Under the pieces are notes generated by a model that worked only from the letters and a program-made list of their open reading frames with translations, was not told the DNA's origin and did no database searches. Shown here in pieces: positions 9,391-22,878 of a stretch of 64,000 nucleotides of DNA. Positions within the stretch are counted from its first letter, which is position 1; each line of letters starts with the position of its first letter. Made by a program: the position numbers and the translations under genes. This DNA is from Squalus acanthias (taxonomy: Eukaryota). The stretch covers positions 45,696,001 through 45,760,000 of the forward strand of contig CM059432.1 of the NCBI GenBank assembly GCA_030390025.1. Direction: 5' to 3'.

Positions 9391-10180
9391 GGGTTGCATT
9401 TTAATTGGGAGTTGGGAGCGGGGGGAAGGCTCTGAAGCGGTCGGAAAACCTAGGAAAACAGGTTTCCCACAGGCCCTGCTGAATTTAGCAGCAGGGCCTG
9501 ATTTCCATGGGAAACCTGTTTGGCTGGCTCCAGGCATGTTAGGCCTGCGGCGCTAGGCTGCAGAGAGGAGGGAGAGAGGGATCGTGGAAGGGCCGGGGGG
9601 GCGGCCAGAGGAGCTGTGGGGGTCGCTGAAGATCAGAGGCGGCAACAGCATTGTGGGGGGTGGGGGGTCGGATGAGGATCGGGGGCCAGAGGAGCACGGG
9701 GGAGGGGGGAGGTCTCATGGAGGGGGGGGGGGAATCAGAGGCCTATGGGGGGAGGATCAGAGGCCTGGTGGGGGGGAGGGATCGGAGGCTTGGTTGGGGG
9801 GGGGAGGGGTGGAAATTGGAGGCCTCGTGTGGGAGTCTCCGATCGAGGGTGTGGGTTATGTAGGGACCCTGGATCCAGGAGGTAGGTGTAAAGGCACTTA
9901 CCTCCTGGATCCCGCAGTCCTCACCTTGCATTAGATGGTGGTTTTCACAAGGCCTGCAAAACCCGACCAGCTAAACTTAAATTCAAAAGGGAGGTTAAAG
10001 CAGAGGCTTCCAGCCTCATTATAATATTTAAAAAGATGTCCCAATTTCTGTTGGTTGCCCGCCCCCGTTAAAACCAGAAGTGCATGGGTTAGAGGCGAGT
10101 TCTTGTCAGGATTCAGATTTTTAACACTAACTTTCCACACGACCCCAACCCACCCGTTTTTTTAGGTTATAATTCCCCCC
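9391..10180. mobile_element. non-autonomous TIR element (Harbinger-like MITE, G-rich centre)
   Basis: Ends GGGTTGCATTTTAA versus reverse complement GGGGGGAATTATAA; internal motif cagcctcattataatattta shared with the copies near 43820-44570 and 56860-57410. Confidence 0.6.
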
Positions 10181-10562
10181 TTGAAAACTGGTCAAATTAG
10201 CGTTCATTGACGTGAACAAATTGCCAATTATTCCAGTTTATTTTACTTTCAGTTCCTATGAAGCATAGATCAAGAAGAATGTTTGTTTAAATGTGCGATT
10301 CAGTAATATAACTTGCAGACTGCTCACTTGCCAATTAGATAGTTGGAAGATTGCATCTGCAGGCTCTCTCAATCACATTCATGAAAACAGTTTTGTTGAA
10401 GGGTCCTTCTGCTGTAATATTAAAATATCTTTCTCTTTCAAGTGCTGACTGAAATGCTCTGGACTTATTGGCTGAGGAATTCGACAACGCAGCGCTCATC
10501 TTTTGGCTGCTAAACAGCCTCCTAAGCCTTCTGTAGAGCGGGCAGGAAGCACACGCTCATTA

Positions 10563-13500
10563 TTTTTTTTTATTCGTTCATATGATGTGGGCATCGCTGG
10601 CAAAGCCAGCATTTATTGTCCATCCCTCATTGCTCTCGAGAAGGTAGTGGTGAGCTGCCTTCTTGAACCGCTGCAGTCCGTGTGGTGAAGGTACTCCCAC
10701 AGTGCTGTTAGGGAGGGAGCGACGATGAAGGAACGGTGATATATTTCCAAGTCAGGATGGTGTGTAACTTGGAGGGGAACTTGCAGGTGATGATGTTCCC
10801 ATCCGCCTGCTGCCCTTGTCCTTCTAGGTGGTAGAGGTCGTGGGTTTGGGAAGTGCTGTCGAAGAAGCTTTGGCGAGTTGCTGCAGTGCATCTTGTAGAT
10901 GATACACACTGCAGCCATGGTGCACTGGTGGTGCAGGGAGTGAATGTTTAAGCTGGTGGATGAGGTGCCAATCAAGTGGGCTGCTTTGTTTTCGATGGTG
11001 TCGAGTTTCTTGAGTGTTGTTGGAGCTGCACTCATCCAGGCAAGTGGAGAGTATTCCACCACACTCCTGACTTGTGCCTTGTAGATGATGGAAAGGATTT
11101 GGGGATTGAGGATGTGAGACACTCGCCACAGAATACCTAGCCTCTGGCCTGCTCTTGTTGCCACAGTACTTATGTGGCTGTCCAGTTAAGTTTCTGGTCA
11201 CTGGTTACCCCCAAGATATTGATGGTGGGGGATTCGGCGATGGTAATGCCGTTGAATGTCAAGGGGCGGTGGTTAGATACTCGCTTGTTGGAGATAGTCA
11301 TTGCCTGGCACATGTGTGGCGTGAATGTTACTTGCCACTTATCAGCACAAGCCTGAATGTCATCCAGGTCTTGCTGCATGTGGGCATGGACTGCTTCATT
11401 ATCTGAGGAGTTATGAATGGAACTGAACACTGTGCAATCGTCAGCAAACATCCCCACTTCTGACCTTATGATGGAGGGAAGATCACTGATGAAGCAGCTG
11501 AAGATGGTTGGGCCTAGGACACTGCCCTGTGGAACTCCTGCAGTCCTGGGGCTGTGATGATTGACCTCCAACAACCACAACCATCTTCCTTTGTGCTAGG
11601 TATGACTCCAGCCAGTGTAGAGTTTTCCCCTTGATTCCCATTGACTTCAATTTTACCAGGGCTCCTTGATGCCACACTCGGTCAATTGCTGCCTTGATGT
11701 CAAGGGCAGTCACTCTCACCTCACCTCTAGAATTCTGCTCTTCTGTCCATGTTTGGACCAAGAAAAAACAGAAAGGCAGAGTATTTTCTGAATGTTGAAA
11801 GATTGGGGAATGCAGATGCTCAAAGGGACCTGGGTGTCCTTGTACATGAGTCACTGAAAGTGGATGTGCAGGTGCAGCAAGCCATTCGGAAGGCAAATGG
11901 TATGCTGGCCTTCATTACAAGAGGATTTGAGTACAGGAGTAAATAAATCTTACTCCAATTATATAGGGCTTTGGTGAGACCACACATGGAGTACTGTGTA
12001 CAGTTTTGGTCCTCTTACCTAAGGAAGGATATACTTGCCATAGAGGGAGTGCAACGAAGGTTCACGAGATTGATTCCTGGGATGGCGGGACTGTCGTATG
12101 AGAAGAGATTGAGTAAACTAGGCCTGTATTCTCTTGAATTCAGAAGAATGAGAGGGGATCTCATTGAAGCATACAAAATTATTACAGGGCTTGATAGGAT
12201 GGATGCTGGGAGAATGTTTCCCTTAGCTGGGGAGTCTAGAACCAGGGGCCACAGCCTCAAGATAAAGGGTAGGCCATTCAGGACTGAGATGAGAAGAAAT
12301 TTCTTCACAGAGGGTGGTAAATCTTTGGAATTCTCTACCCCAGAGGGCTGTGGAGGCTCAGTCATTGGGTATATTCAAAACAGAAGTCGATAGACATCTG
12401 ACTAGTAAGGGCATCAAGGGATATGGCGATAGGGCCGGTAAATGGAGTTGAGGGAGAAGATCAGCCATGATCTCATTGACTGGCGGAGCAGGCTTGAAGG
12501 GCCGAATGGCCTACTCCTGCTCCTATTTCTTATATTCTTATGTAAGGTGGTAATGAGGTCTGGAGCCATGGTCCTGGCGGACCCAAAACTGAGCATCGGT
12601 GAGAAGGTTGTTGGTAAGTGCCGCTTGATATCACGGTCAATGACACCTTCCAGCACTTTGCTGATGGTTGAGAGTAGACTGATGGGGCGGAAATTGTCCG
12701 GATTGGATTTGTCTGGACAGGACATACCTGGGCAGTTTACCACCTCGGGTTGACACCAGTGTCGTAGCTATACTGGAACAGCTTGGCTAGAGGAGCGGCT
12801 AGTCCTGGGGCACAAGCCTTCAGCACGACAGCCAGGATGTTGTCAGGGCCCATAGCCTTTGCTGTATCCAGTGCACTCAGCCGTTTCTTGATATCATGTG
12901 GAGTGAATCAAATTGGCTGAAGACTGGCTTCTATGATGGTGGGGACCTCAGGAGGAGGCCGATATGAATCATCCACATGACACTTCTGGCTGAAGATGGT
13001 TGCAAATGCTTCAGCCTCGTCTTTTGCACTCGCGTGCTGGGTTCCGCCATCATTGAGGATGGGGATATTCATGGAGCCTCCTCCTCCCGTTAGTTGTTTA
13101 AATGTCCACCACCATTCAGGACTAGATGTGGCAGGAATGCAGAGCTTTGATCTGGTCCATTGATTGTGGGATCGCTTAGCTCTGTCTATAGCATACTGCT
13201 TCTGCTGTCTAGCATGCATGTAGACCTGTGTTGCAGCTTCCCCAGGTTGGCACCTCATTTTTAGGTACACCTGGTGCTGCTCCTGGCATGCTCTTCTACA
13301 CGCCTCATTGAACCAGGGTTGGTCCCCTGGCTTGATGGTAATAGTAGAGTGAGGGATATGCCGGGCCATGAGGTTACAGATTGTGGTGGAGTACAATTCT
13401 GCTGCTGCTGATGGCCCACAGCGCCTCATGGATGCCCAGTTTTGAGCTGCCAGATCTGTTCTGAATCTATCCCATTTAGCACGGTGGTAGTACCACACAA

Positions 13501-14008
13501 CACAATGGAGGGTGTCCTCAGTGTGAAGACGGGACTTCGTCTCCACAATGACTGTGCAGTGGTCACTGCTACCAATGCTGTCATGGACAGATGCATCTGC
13601 GACAGGTAGATTGGTGAAGATGAGGTCAAGTATATTTTCCATCGTGTTGGTTCTCTCACCACCTGACGCAGGCCCAGTCTGGCAGGTATGTCCTTCAGGA
13701 CTCGGCCAGCTCGGTCAGTAGTGGTGCTACCGAACCACTCTTAGTGATGGACATTGAAGTCTCCCACCCAGAGTACATTCTGTGCCCTTGCTACCCTCAG
13801 TGCTTCTTCCAAGTGGTGTTCAACATGGAGGAGTACTGAATCATCAGCTGAGGGAGTTGGTAATCAGCAGGAGGTTTCGTTGCCCATGCTTGACCTGAAG
13901 CAATGAGATTTCATGGGGTCCGGAGTCAATGTTAAGGACTCCAAGGGCCACTCTCTCCTGACTGTATATCACAGCGCCACCACCACTGGTGGGTCTGTCC
14001 TGCCAGTT
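10563..14008 (-). mobile_element. CR1-superfamily LINE of a second family ('family B'), degraded ORF2
   Basis: LDLIFTN...SSDHC endonuclease end, [37 protein letters not shown]; 3' tail ...gggcaataaatgctggc...gaataaaaaa; split by a CR1 at 11763-12543. Confidence 0.88.
11763..12543 (+). mobile_element. 5'-truncated CR1 nested in the family B LINE
   Basis: VRPHMEYCVQFWS...RGDLIE; tail ctcctgctcctatttcttat; AAG on both sides. Confidence 0.9.
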
Positions 14009-14011
14009 TGA

Positions 14012-15726
14012 TTTTTTTTGACAGCGGTTCAGGAACCTGCTGTCAGCCAGCCGCAACGTGCCTTTCCCAATGGCGAGTCTGTGATCACAGATCGGACCCA
14101 ACCCGCAGAGGAAGGCGACCCAATTAAAGCAATTATTGGCTTGTTGACAGACCCTTAATAATGGTTTTAACCTTACCTTTAAACTTTAACTGCTCGCCCA
14201 CGGGGTCCACGCTGCTCATGGAGCACGTCTGTTTACCTGAGGTGGGAGTTGAATGGCCATTGAATCAGCTGATTAGTTGATAGCTTGAAATGTACTATAA
14301 AAGCTCCTGCCTCACAGCTGTTCACTTTCCAAGCTCAGAAGCTGTTGCTTACTCCATTTGGAACACAGATTGAGCTTTCTGCAGGCTGCAAGTGTTTGGA
14401 GAAAACTCTCCATCAAGTGTCACCTCATTGGGACAACCTCTCTCACCATTGACAGATTGCTTCTGTCATCTCAACTTCACCTGCCATCTATTCCATCAGC
14501 ATGGGTACCTTTTATACTGTTTCACCTTGGTCCTCAGAATCTGACCATGATTAGCCCCAACACCAGCAGCACCACCAGCAGCACCAAAAACAACACCAAC
14601 ATTCTCCGCAACCACCTAATGCTGCACAGGACAGAGGGCATCAGCACCTGAGCACATTGCTAACTGAGAGGCCAGGGATGGTCTCACCATGGCCAGATTT
14701 ACTTCACTTGACACTGTACACCCTGGCTACCACATGATGTGTTGGTGTGGCGCCACCCCACACCAACACCTTAAAGCATCCCTACAATGCCCAAGCCATT
14801 CCTTTCACACTCACCACCATTGCGGGGTGTACCGTTATGTCTCACCATTCACTGCAACTCACTAAGCCACTTCCAAAGGTGCACACAAATCTGTCCAAGA
14901 ACGCAAAGTGTTGAAAATAAAAGTTTCAATGTTTGACACCCCATTAACAGAAACTTTACATGAACATTGGATAAAACACCCAAGTGACTACTCTTGTGTG
15001 TTGTTAGTTGGTTTGATTGCACTAGGATGAGGGTGAGTGTGAGGGGTGGCTAGTGAGATGGGGAAGTGATAATGTAGATAGAGAGGGATGGGTGGAGGTG
15101 CAAGGTAAGTTGGTGTGAGTAAAGATGTGCAGGAGTAGGGTAGGGAAGGCAGAGTGATGGGGATGTGATGAGAGGCACAGCAGGATGAAGGTGAGTGTGG
15201 CTTTGTACTCACGTTTCCTGATCTAATGAGATCATTGAAAGGTTTGCTCCACTGCACCCAGGTCCTCCTGACGACATCCCTGCTTGTGCCCTCCTGTGCA
15301 ATGTGCAACCAGGCTGTGTTGCTATCCTGGGGAGGTCTCTTCCGCCCATGGGAAGGGAAGAGGACCTCCCTGCGTGCTGTGACTCCCTCCATAAGCATAT
15401 GGAGGGAGTCATAGGAGAACCTGGGTGCAGCCCTGCACCTCTGTGCAGTGATTGTCAGTGTTTGCAGCACCTCAATGCTGTAGAACACTGACAGCACAAA
15501 CATCAAATGTAATGTGGCCACGGTCCCTTTAAGGATCCCAGCTCAAGACTCGTCATGAATGACGTCACCAGACCCGCTCCATCTCATTGGGCTGGGTAAC
15601 GTGCTGGGTGGGCTTAATAGGCCCCATTAAGGTAAGTTCATTTTCAACCGTGGGATGGAGCCAGCAGCGGGGCCGCACCCCGCCACCAGCCGCACCGGAC
15701 CCGCTGAGGTGAGCAATATCTTGGCC
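14012..15726 (-). mobile_element. internally deleted Harbinger derivative with a decayed Myb exon
   Basis: ORF 14988-15521 PRFSYDSLHMLMEGV...AWLHIAQE...RTWVQWSKPFNDL; reverse-complement copy of 61417-63198; right terminus aatatcttggcc. Confidence 0.8.
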
Positions 15727-18287
15727 TTACTCTCCGCAGTACGCCCGCTTCATGGAAATGGGGCCCGCAGCACAATATTGGGGCCGCCTTGGGCCTCACC
15801 ATTCAGGGGCAGGGACTGAGCCCTGCACCTGCCACCGACCAACTTTCTAGGCCACAGTATATTCTGTTTTTACTTCAGATATCATTTTGCTTTGTTTTTG
15901 GAAAGAACTGGAGGTACAGCACCTCCACAAGGGTCAGGACAGTTGAGGAAAAGGAGCATGGAATAAGAAGATACAAAATATGCTGCATAAAAGGTTCTTA
16001 TGTACAATTATGCCAGTAGATAATGGTTCTTGGCTGGAGAACAATTAGAAGCTATTACTTTTTCTAAAATGGTGTGACATACAAGACACTATCGGCTAGA
16101 TTTTCCAATTGGCATTATTATAACACCAGCGCTAACCCATTTAAAATAAATAGAATACTGCTGCCAGCAAAGTAACACCTAGTAAAATCTAGGTTTATGG
16201 GCAATTCTTGTATGTGGATCAACCAGCATTAGATTCGCCAATAAGGAAAGCCCAACTATGCTCTCAATGCAGCGTGATTTATTGACAAGTCTTTCTTATC
16301 TGTTATTACAACACAGTATGTGGAATGAAGATATTAGGTCAGTATTGCAAATCATGTCAGCATGCATCAATATCTTTCAGCTAACCAATCTCTAAACTAA
16401 ACCACTGTAAAATATGATAGAAGGTCAAACGAAAAATTCATGGAATTCATGTTTTAAGTTTATGTGAGTCAGCACAGCCACAATATGGACAAATAAAAAA
16501 CACACACATTTTACAGTTTCTGTATTATATTCCAAAGCAGAAAGGAACATCTTTTATAAAATCATAAAGTCAGACTAAGATGTGGCAGAGCATTAGCATC
16601 ATTGACCTAGCAATGGCACCTATTAAATCAAAATTGAAGAAGTCTGTTGTGTGTATACAGTCAACATAGCTCAGAATATAAAAAGCCAGAGCTACAATAA
16701 AGCTTTGTAATTATAGTTTGTTTTTGGCATGGTTTAATTACTGTACTGATGAAAGACCAACTGATGAAATCAGCAGAGAAACTCTGAATAGTGTTAAGAG
16801 CTGGAAAGAGAGCAATCTGTGCAAGAAAATACGTCTTAGGTAGCAGGGAATTAGTCTCACTTGCGCAGCAAAGAACACCACTCCAATCCTTAAAAAACAC
16901 TGTAGTACATCCAAATATAATTCTGTTAAAGCACCACCTTTTTAAGGACTTTTATAAATTCATAAATAAAAATGCACAGCAGATTACATTTTAACAATGC
17001 ACACTACAAATCTCTTCAAATTCACATAGGGAATAGCAGCTCTCATATTATTCTTATCACTGTAGACAATGAAAAATGCTAAAAAGGTTAACACCATAAT
17101 GCAAACTTTCCAGTGCTAATTAACAGAACAAGTCCCATGTCAATTGTGGAGTTAGTTGGTCTTGACTGCTCATCCTCAGACTAAAGGATGCTGAATGGAG
17201 GATGATATTTAAAAAGAGTCAAATTTATACTTATATTCTACTCTTTTTCTTTCTTTCACAAATCAAATCCAATCTACCTCCTCCCCTCTCCAAGCTTACA
17301 TTTCTTCAGCTGGAAGGTCAAGGCAGCTCAACTTCTGTTGATAAATGACCTTGCATTTTCCGATCAGGTATGCCTCGTTAGAAAAGTGGTTGGAGATCTG
17401 TTACCCTGGATCTCCATTATGCACCTATTTCCAGCAAGTAATACATTGGGAGTAAGACGCATCTTCTTGAGATTGTTGGAAGATTCATTTAAATATTAAA
17501 ATGTGGGCGGGAACATCCTGGACGCAATTTCCCGATGTTCATGTGTGCAAGACATCCATGCATAATTGAACTGAACATCCAGGGTTGTTGGATAAATACA
17601 AAGTTGATTTAAAGAATAAGTTGATTTAAGGTATATTTCAGTAATTTCTTGATCTTGCTTGCACTTAGATTCTCATGAGCATTTGTGCAAAATTGTTCTA
17701 ATTTATTTTGCTTCCAGCAACATTACTAGTGGCAGATGGGAATTCCCAATCGGAATACCCTTATTGAGGGATGCCAGGCTATACAAGAGCTGGTCTGTGC
17801 CCATTCACCAGTACCCACACACCCTCTCTGCAGACAGAAGTGAATGTATCTCACTTTGGCAGGCCATTAGTGCAGGTGGAGGTCCTGTTCACAAAGGAAA
17901 CTGGGACCCTGGAACCAACCTCACCACTAAGGTATGTCAGTGCCTGACCAACCAGAATGTTGGGTGCCTCCTCAGAAGTACCCTGTGACAAAAACATACC
18001 CTTTTTCTGTGCTCATTTAAAAAAATATTTATATCACTAGAACTAGAAGAGGTTAAAACAGGACCAAACAGAGAAAAACACATTAGTTCAGTTCCGGATG
18101 AGCTGACTGGAATGTTTTTCATAAATGAAAAGGTTGAGGAACAAATTCAAGGTGTCAACTGGCCAGAGTTGCCACATTCAATGACAAGCATTTTTGCCAT
18201 TCTCAATGATGGCCTGCGTTCAATATTAATGAATGGCTGTTTGTTCCAATGAAATCATCTGCTGCTTTTGTGCCAGGAGCATCGCAA

Positions 18288-18403
18288 ACTACATTACAAC
18301 AGTGACTACACTTCAAAAGTACTTCATTGGCTGTTAAGCACTTTGGGACCTCCTGAGGTTGTGAAAGGCGCTATATAAATGCAAGTCTTTCTTTCTTCCT
18401 TTC
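18288..18403 (+). mobile_element. SINE 3' tail (SacSINE1/L2-like)
   Basis: acagtgactacacttcaaaagtacttcattggctg...aaaggcgctatataaatgcaagtctttctt; a related copy lies at about 54755-54862. Confidence 0.65.
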
Positions 18404-19737
18404 AAGCCCCCTGGACACAGATCTATGAATGGATTCCAGTCTGGGGTAATGAATTTGATTGACAGCTGTTGGAGGTCTCTAAGAGGTGGACAATGCCATT
18501 GATTGGCTGGAGCCCTCTGCGACACAGAGTCCAGGGCATTGTCCACCTCTTACAGAATTATATTTGTAGTCCACAGCCAGAGTCTGTCAGTCTTCTGGCA
18601 GCCAGGGACTGAGTCTTGCAGCCAGAGGGCTGTCTGTGTTTTAAAAAGCTAATGCTAACTGGGACAGGTATCCTCTATTGGACTTTCCAGCCTTTAGAGA
18701 GATAGCGAGTTACATTTTTCTTGTTTTATATAATTAAGGCATTTAGAGAGATAAATATTTCACAGCATTAAAACTGTTCATTCATCTACATTATGTAAAT
18801 AAAACCAAGTTGTTGGTTCAAAGCCTCCATGTTGATTATATCCAGAGGAGAATTAATGTGGCAGCATGTGATATATCCCAGTGGCTGTGCAGAGAATAAG
18901 GGCGCTCTGTTCTGATCTCTGGACCTTGGTTATTGTTTACCTGGATATTGCTCAGAAGTAGTGCACTCTTGGGGGACATTTGGTCTGCTTGTGAGAGTGA
19001 TCGGTGAAGCTTTATCAGAGAAAATTCTAAGGTAATAATCTGTAAACATGACATACTCCAATCATAGTATGCCATGTTTCAGTGGGACTGCCAGGGTGAT
19101 CAACAGCCAGTGTACCATCACTGGCCACACCTGATATGATGCCGCTAACCATATCTGCAGTCGCTACTGAACAACAACCATGTTTTCATAGGGTACAGAT
19201 CAGAAAGCCAAATGCAGAGCAGTGACCATTCAGGATAGAACTGGCACATCCAGTGACAGTAACGATTAGATGTGGCCTGCAACTTGGCTCAAGCTCCTGT
19301 TAGGCATGCTGCAATGCCGATGGGAATGGCACCATGAAGTGATATAGAGGGCCAGCTTCCATCCACCGCCACTTCAGCAGCCAAATTGGGGGTTGGATGC
19401 TTGGCAGGCCCACCCCTTATCTGCAGACTCATCCCTGCATCTTGGTTTCCTCACCCTTCATTTTTGTCCGTCACTTCTCATTCCCCTTCAGCCTCGACAA
19501 AAGCTATTAACGGACTGAGTTGCTTTTTGAGCATTTCCAAAAGCTTTCAGAATTTTTGTTGCCCTATTGGAACACTGCCCTTTTAATTGTCCCCATACAA
19601 TTAAATTTCCCTTATATTCAATTTTCTCCTCCAACCACTAATGTGCTCCCTGCATAAACCCAAATCTACAACTGGAGGTATGCACATTTATAATAATAAT
19701 GATCTAGCCTTGGAAAATTGGGTGAGAACAACACACT

Positions 19738-19743
19738 TTTATT
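19738..19743 (-). terminator. candidate RIPK2 polyadenylation signal (AATAAA)
   Basis: Minus-strand AATAAA about 480 nt after the stop; other AATAAA hexamers lie further downstream (e.g. near 16277). Confidence 0.3.
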
Positions 19744-20224
19744 TGAGCTGAACTAAAAACCATTTCTAAAATTTCAGGCGTAAACTTCACTCATATTAAT
19801 TCATCTAGGTTGTAGTGTCATCCTAATACGAGGCAATCAATGGAGTTTGCTGAGAAAACATAATGAAGAACAGCCTCTAATCTCTTCCAGGTGTGACACG
19901 CTATATTTCGCGGTGGCATTCAATGTAACAACCTGGTAAGACACTATTAGAATTAATTTTCTGCTTGTTGGACAACCATCAATTTGGTGTTTCCAAACTG
20001 TGACAACAGTGTGGAGCAGGCAACCTGACTAAATGGGATCTGTCCGTGATAAAATTCACAATTCCTGGCTTGTAAGAAGATTATTCCAACTTTTAAAACA
20101 TTGTACTGTCACTAGGTGCAACTGCAGTGCAGTACAAACACCACTGAAGATGAATGAACCAAGACATTATAGCTTAAAGGACCCAGGACAACAGCAGACC
20201 TGAAGAAACAAATCTGAATAATAG

Positions 20225-20571
20225 TCACTTGTTTTTGAACTGGTTCGACATCAGGCTCATAAAAGAGTGTGGACTGGATATTGTAGATAGTTCTGGATAA
20301 GGCTGAAGGCCCATCTGCTTATTGTCTTTTAACTTCTGAACAATAACTCTGGCAAAGTCTTCTCCTTGGTTGTCACTAGTGTCTAAGAGTTGTCGGACTT
20401 TAGCTGTTCTCGTGGGTTTGGTGCTGATTAACTCATAGTCCTCTTTCATTATTAGGTCACGGGAAATCAGGGCATCCAGGGTTTGATTCAGACATGCTTC
20501 GGTCATCTGATTGATGATATCCTCCCTTTTGCTTTGAATCCACTGATGAGCCACACCTTGAGAGACAAACT
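20225..20571 (-). CDS. RIPK2: RIPK2 last coding exon 11 (CARD, stop codon)
   Basis: ttcacag|AG TTT GTC ...; [65 protein letters not shown]...[15 protein letters not shown], very close to the RIPK2 CARD; TGA at 20225-20227. Confidence 0.97.
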
Positions 20572-22174
20572 CTGTGAAGAAACCTGCATATAAGACTTAC
20601 AACAGTAAATGTAGCCCAATACAAACAGCAGCAACAGTGCAGGGGTTGGAGGATCATATACCAACATTGGCTGACATTTGAACAAACAGTTGCAATGGTA
20701 GTGCTTGGCACTTTTTTGGGGCTGGACATCTGGCAAGGTATTTTGTGACAGAAAAACGGCCCAATGTCTGAGCACAGCGTGGAATAGTGTCCAAAGTGCA
20801 GAGAACTCTGGAATTTATGATGGGCAGGGATAGAATTTGGGGTGGGATCAGGAATCCTAAGTCTCTGCCCTATTTACCACCATTAGAAATTCCAATGGAT
20901 TTGGGTTAGGCACACCCATTAGTGGGTTTCTTATTTTGGTACCATGCAAATTAGAGAAATAGACATCAGGGATGCCTGAATGTTCCTGCTGTCCAGCATT
21001 ACTAAGGGCATGGAAGGAGGAGGTTTTAATTTTAAGGGAGCAGTTTTCTGAAAGCAAGAAAACCAATCTCCGGAGAAAGTGGCAGCATTTCTGAATGTTT
21101 TCATCTTCTTGAGCCAGCAATCCACTTACACAGCAGCCAGGCTCAGCTGCTAAATCTCACCCCTAGATGAGGTGGGCACCCCAAGTGCGGCCTCCCTGTG
21201 TGGAAATCTGTCTGCAATATGCAAATGTGCCTGACCCCGGGATTTAAGATGCTACAAGTAGAAGTTCCACTCTAGCCCAGATCTGCTCCCAAAGGCTCTC
21301 CAGAGGAATTTCAGGGCGAGCTTCCTTAACTCTTGCAAACTGTCAGTTATCATTTTGAGGTCACTTTCAATCAAAATTGGGAGCCACCTTTACCTGCTGA
21401 GAAGAAAGCAACTATGCTAACTCCAGGGATTCCTCAATGTGTGAAAGGCTGCTGGAGCTTCCATTCTATTGAGAGGTGAATTGAGATTACGAGCGGAAAT
21501 GAAGAAGAAATTGCACAAGTACAAGATTGCATATATGCAGCTGTTCAAAAGCTGAATTTGCATCTTTACATGTCTGGCTGCAGAGCCTTACTGATGTCAG
21601 GGGAATGTCATTATAAGGCAGCAATCTGAAAATTGCATGGATGGAGTTTGCAATGGAGATCTTGATTATGTTACAAAAAATCATTCTACCAGGTTAAGAA
21701 GCAAATGCTCCTATCCTGACCTGCCATTGTGAATCACCCTGTAAACTCAGATTTTGAAAATAGCTTTCCCTTGTATGAATGCTATCAGGTGATAATTTGC
21801 AACATGACTACATGTTGGAAGTGGGATAAGATTTCAAAACCAACAAATATCCAATTATTTGGTGAAGTATTAATGTATTCTGGGATCAATTCACATGATA
21901 GTTGTAGCCATATGAATATTTATATTATTACACTAGCTTTGCCTAACATGCAACCCAACAAATGAACAATTCACTGTATATTTTGACTTGGATCAAAGGA
22001 AAGAGAATATTACAGACATACCATACCAGCCTATTAAGGTCATTAGTCAGACCAGACTATCATCCCTTCTGCTGCAAAAGGTAAAACTTAGATACCAAGG
22101 AGGGGAGTCTCCCTCTCTTCTCTACCCCCAGCCAGCCCTTCCCGACAGCTTTTCCATTTTTACGTAGTTACAAT

Positions 22175-22878
22175 GGCCCTGAATTTCCGATTGGAGGCAT
22201 CCTGACGGCGGATGCCTCCGATAGGAAAAAAATCAACACACTTACCTGCTGGCTCCGTAGGTCCCGAGACTTACGATCCTGGGCCTCTGCTCTATGAAAT
22301 GCGCAGAGGCCCAGGTATCCCAGGGGCGCATGTGGTTCGCAAGCATCCCTGGGATACCAAAGAAGGGAATCCCCCTTCACACTTTTGACAGTTCTCTACA
22401 CACAGATCTGTCAAAAGTATTAATGAGGTTCATTTAAAAAAGTTAAACATGAAAAAAAAAAATTTTTTTTAATCACATTTAAAATTAGTTAAAATTACAT
22501 TAAATTAAATGTTTTAAACAAAAATTTCAATTTTTGAAAAAAATTAACGTTTTTTATGGGGCTAAAAATAAACTTACCTTTTTTAAAAAGTATTTTTAAA
22601 TTATAAATGAGTGAAAAATATTTATTTAATTTTTTAAACTCTTATGCTTTTACCAGGCGTAAGATTTTTAAAGGTTTTCAGCGAGCGGATGTTACAACTC
22701 TCTGCCCGCGGAGGCCCTTTTCCTGGGCAGGTGGATGATCGGTCAAGAGGATTCTTGACAGATCGCAAGTGCCAGGTTTTAGTGCATGCATTTCGTATGC
22801 CTGAAACCGGCACTTGCGAGGCCCCTACGGGTGCGCACGCACCTCGTACACACCCGTGGGGGTCGGAAAATCCGGCTC
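22175..22878. mobile_element. ~700-bp MITE (AWT-target family) in RIPK2 intron 10
   Basis: TIR GGCCCTGAATTTCCGA versus reverse complement GAGCCGGATTTTCCGA; flanks AAT and ATT; AT-rich core; related to 31945-32687 and 43025-43768. Confidence 0.8.

Noticed and set aside
10388..10460. Additional hammerhead ribozyme
   Set aside because: Resembles a Penelope tail, but the core (ttgttga...gtaa) and stems are too decayed to call.
15900..20200. A second gene in the unique sequence downstream of RIPK2
   Set aside because: Only short ORFs with no recognisable homology; more consistent with 3' UTR or intergenic DNA containing old repeat relics.
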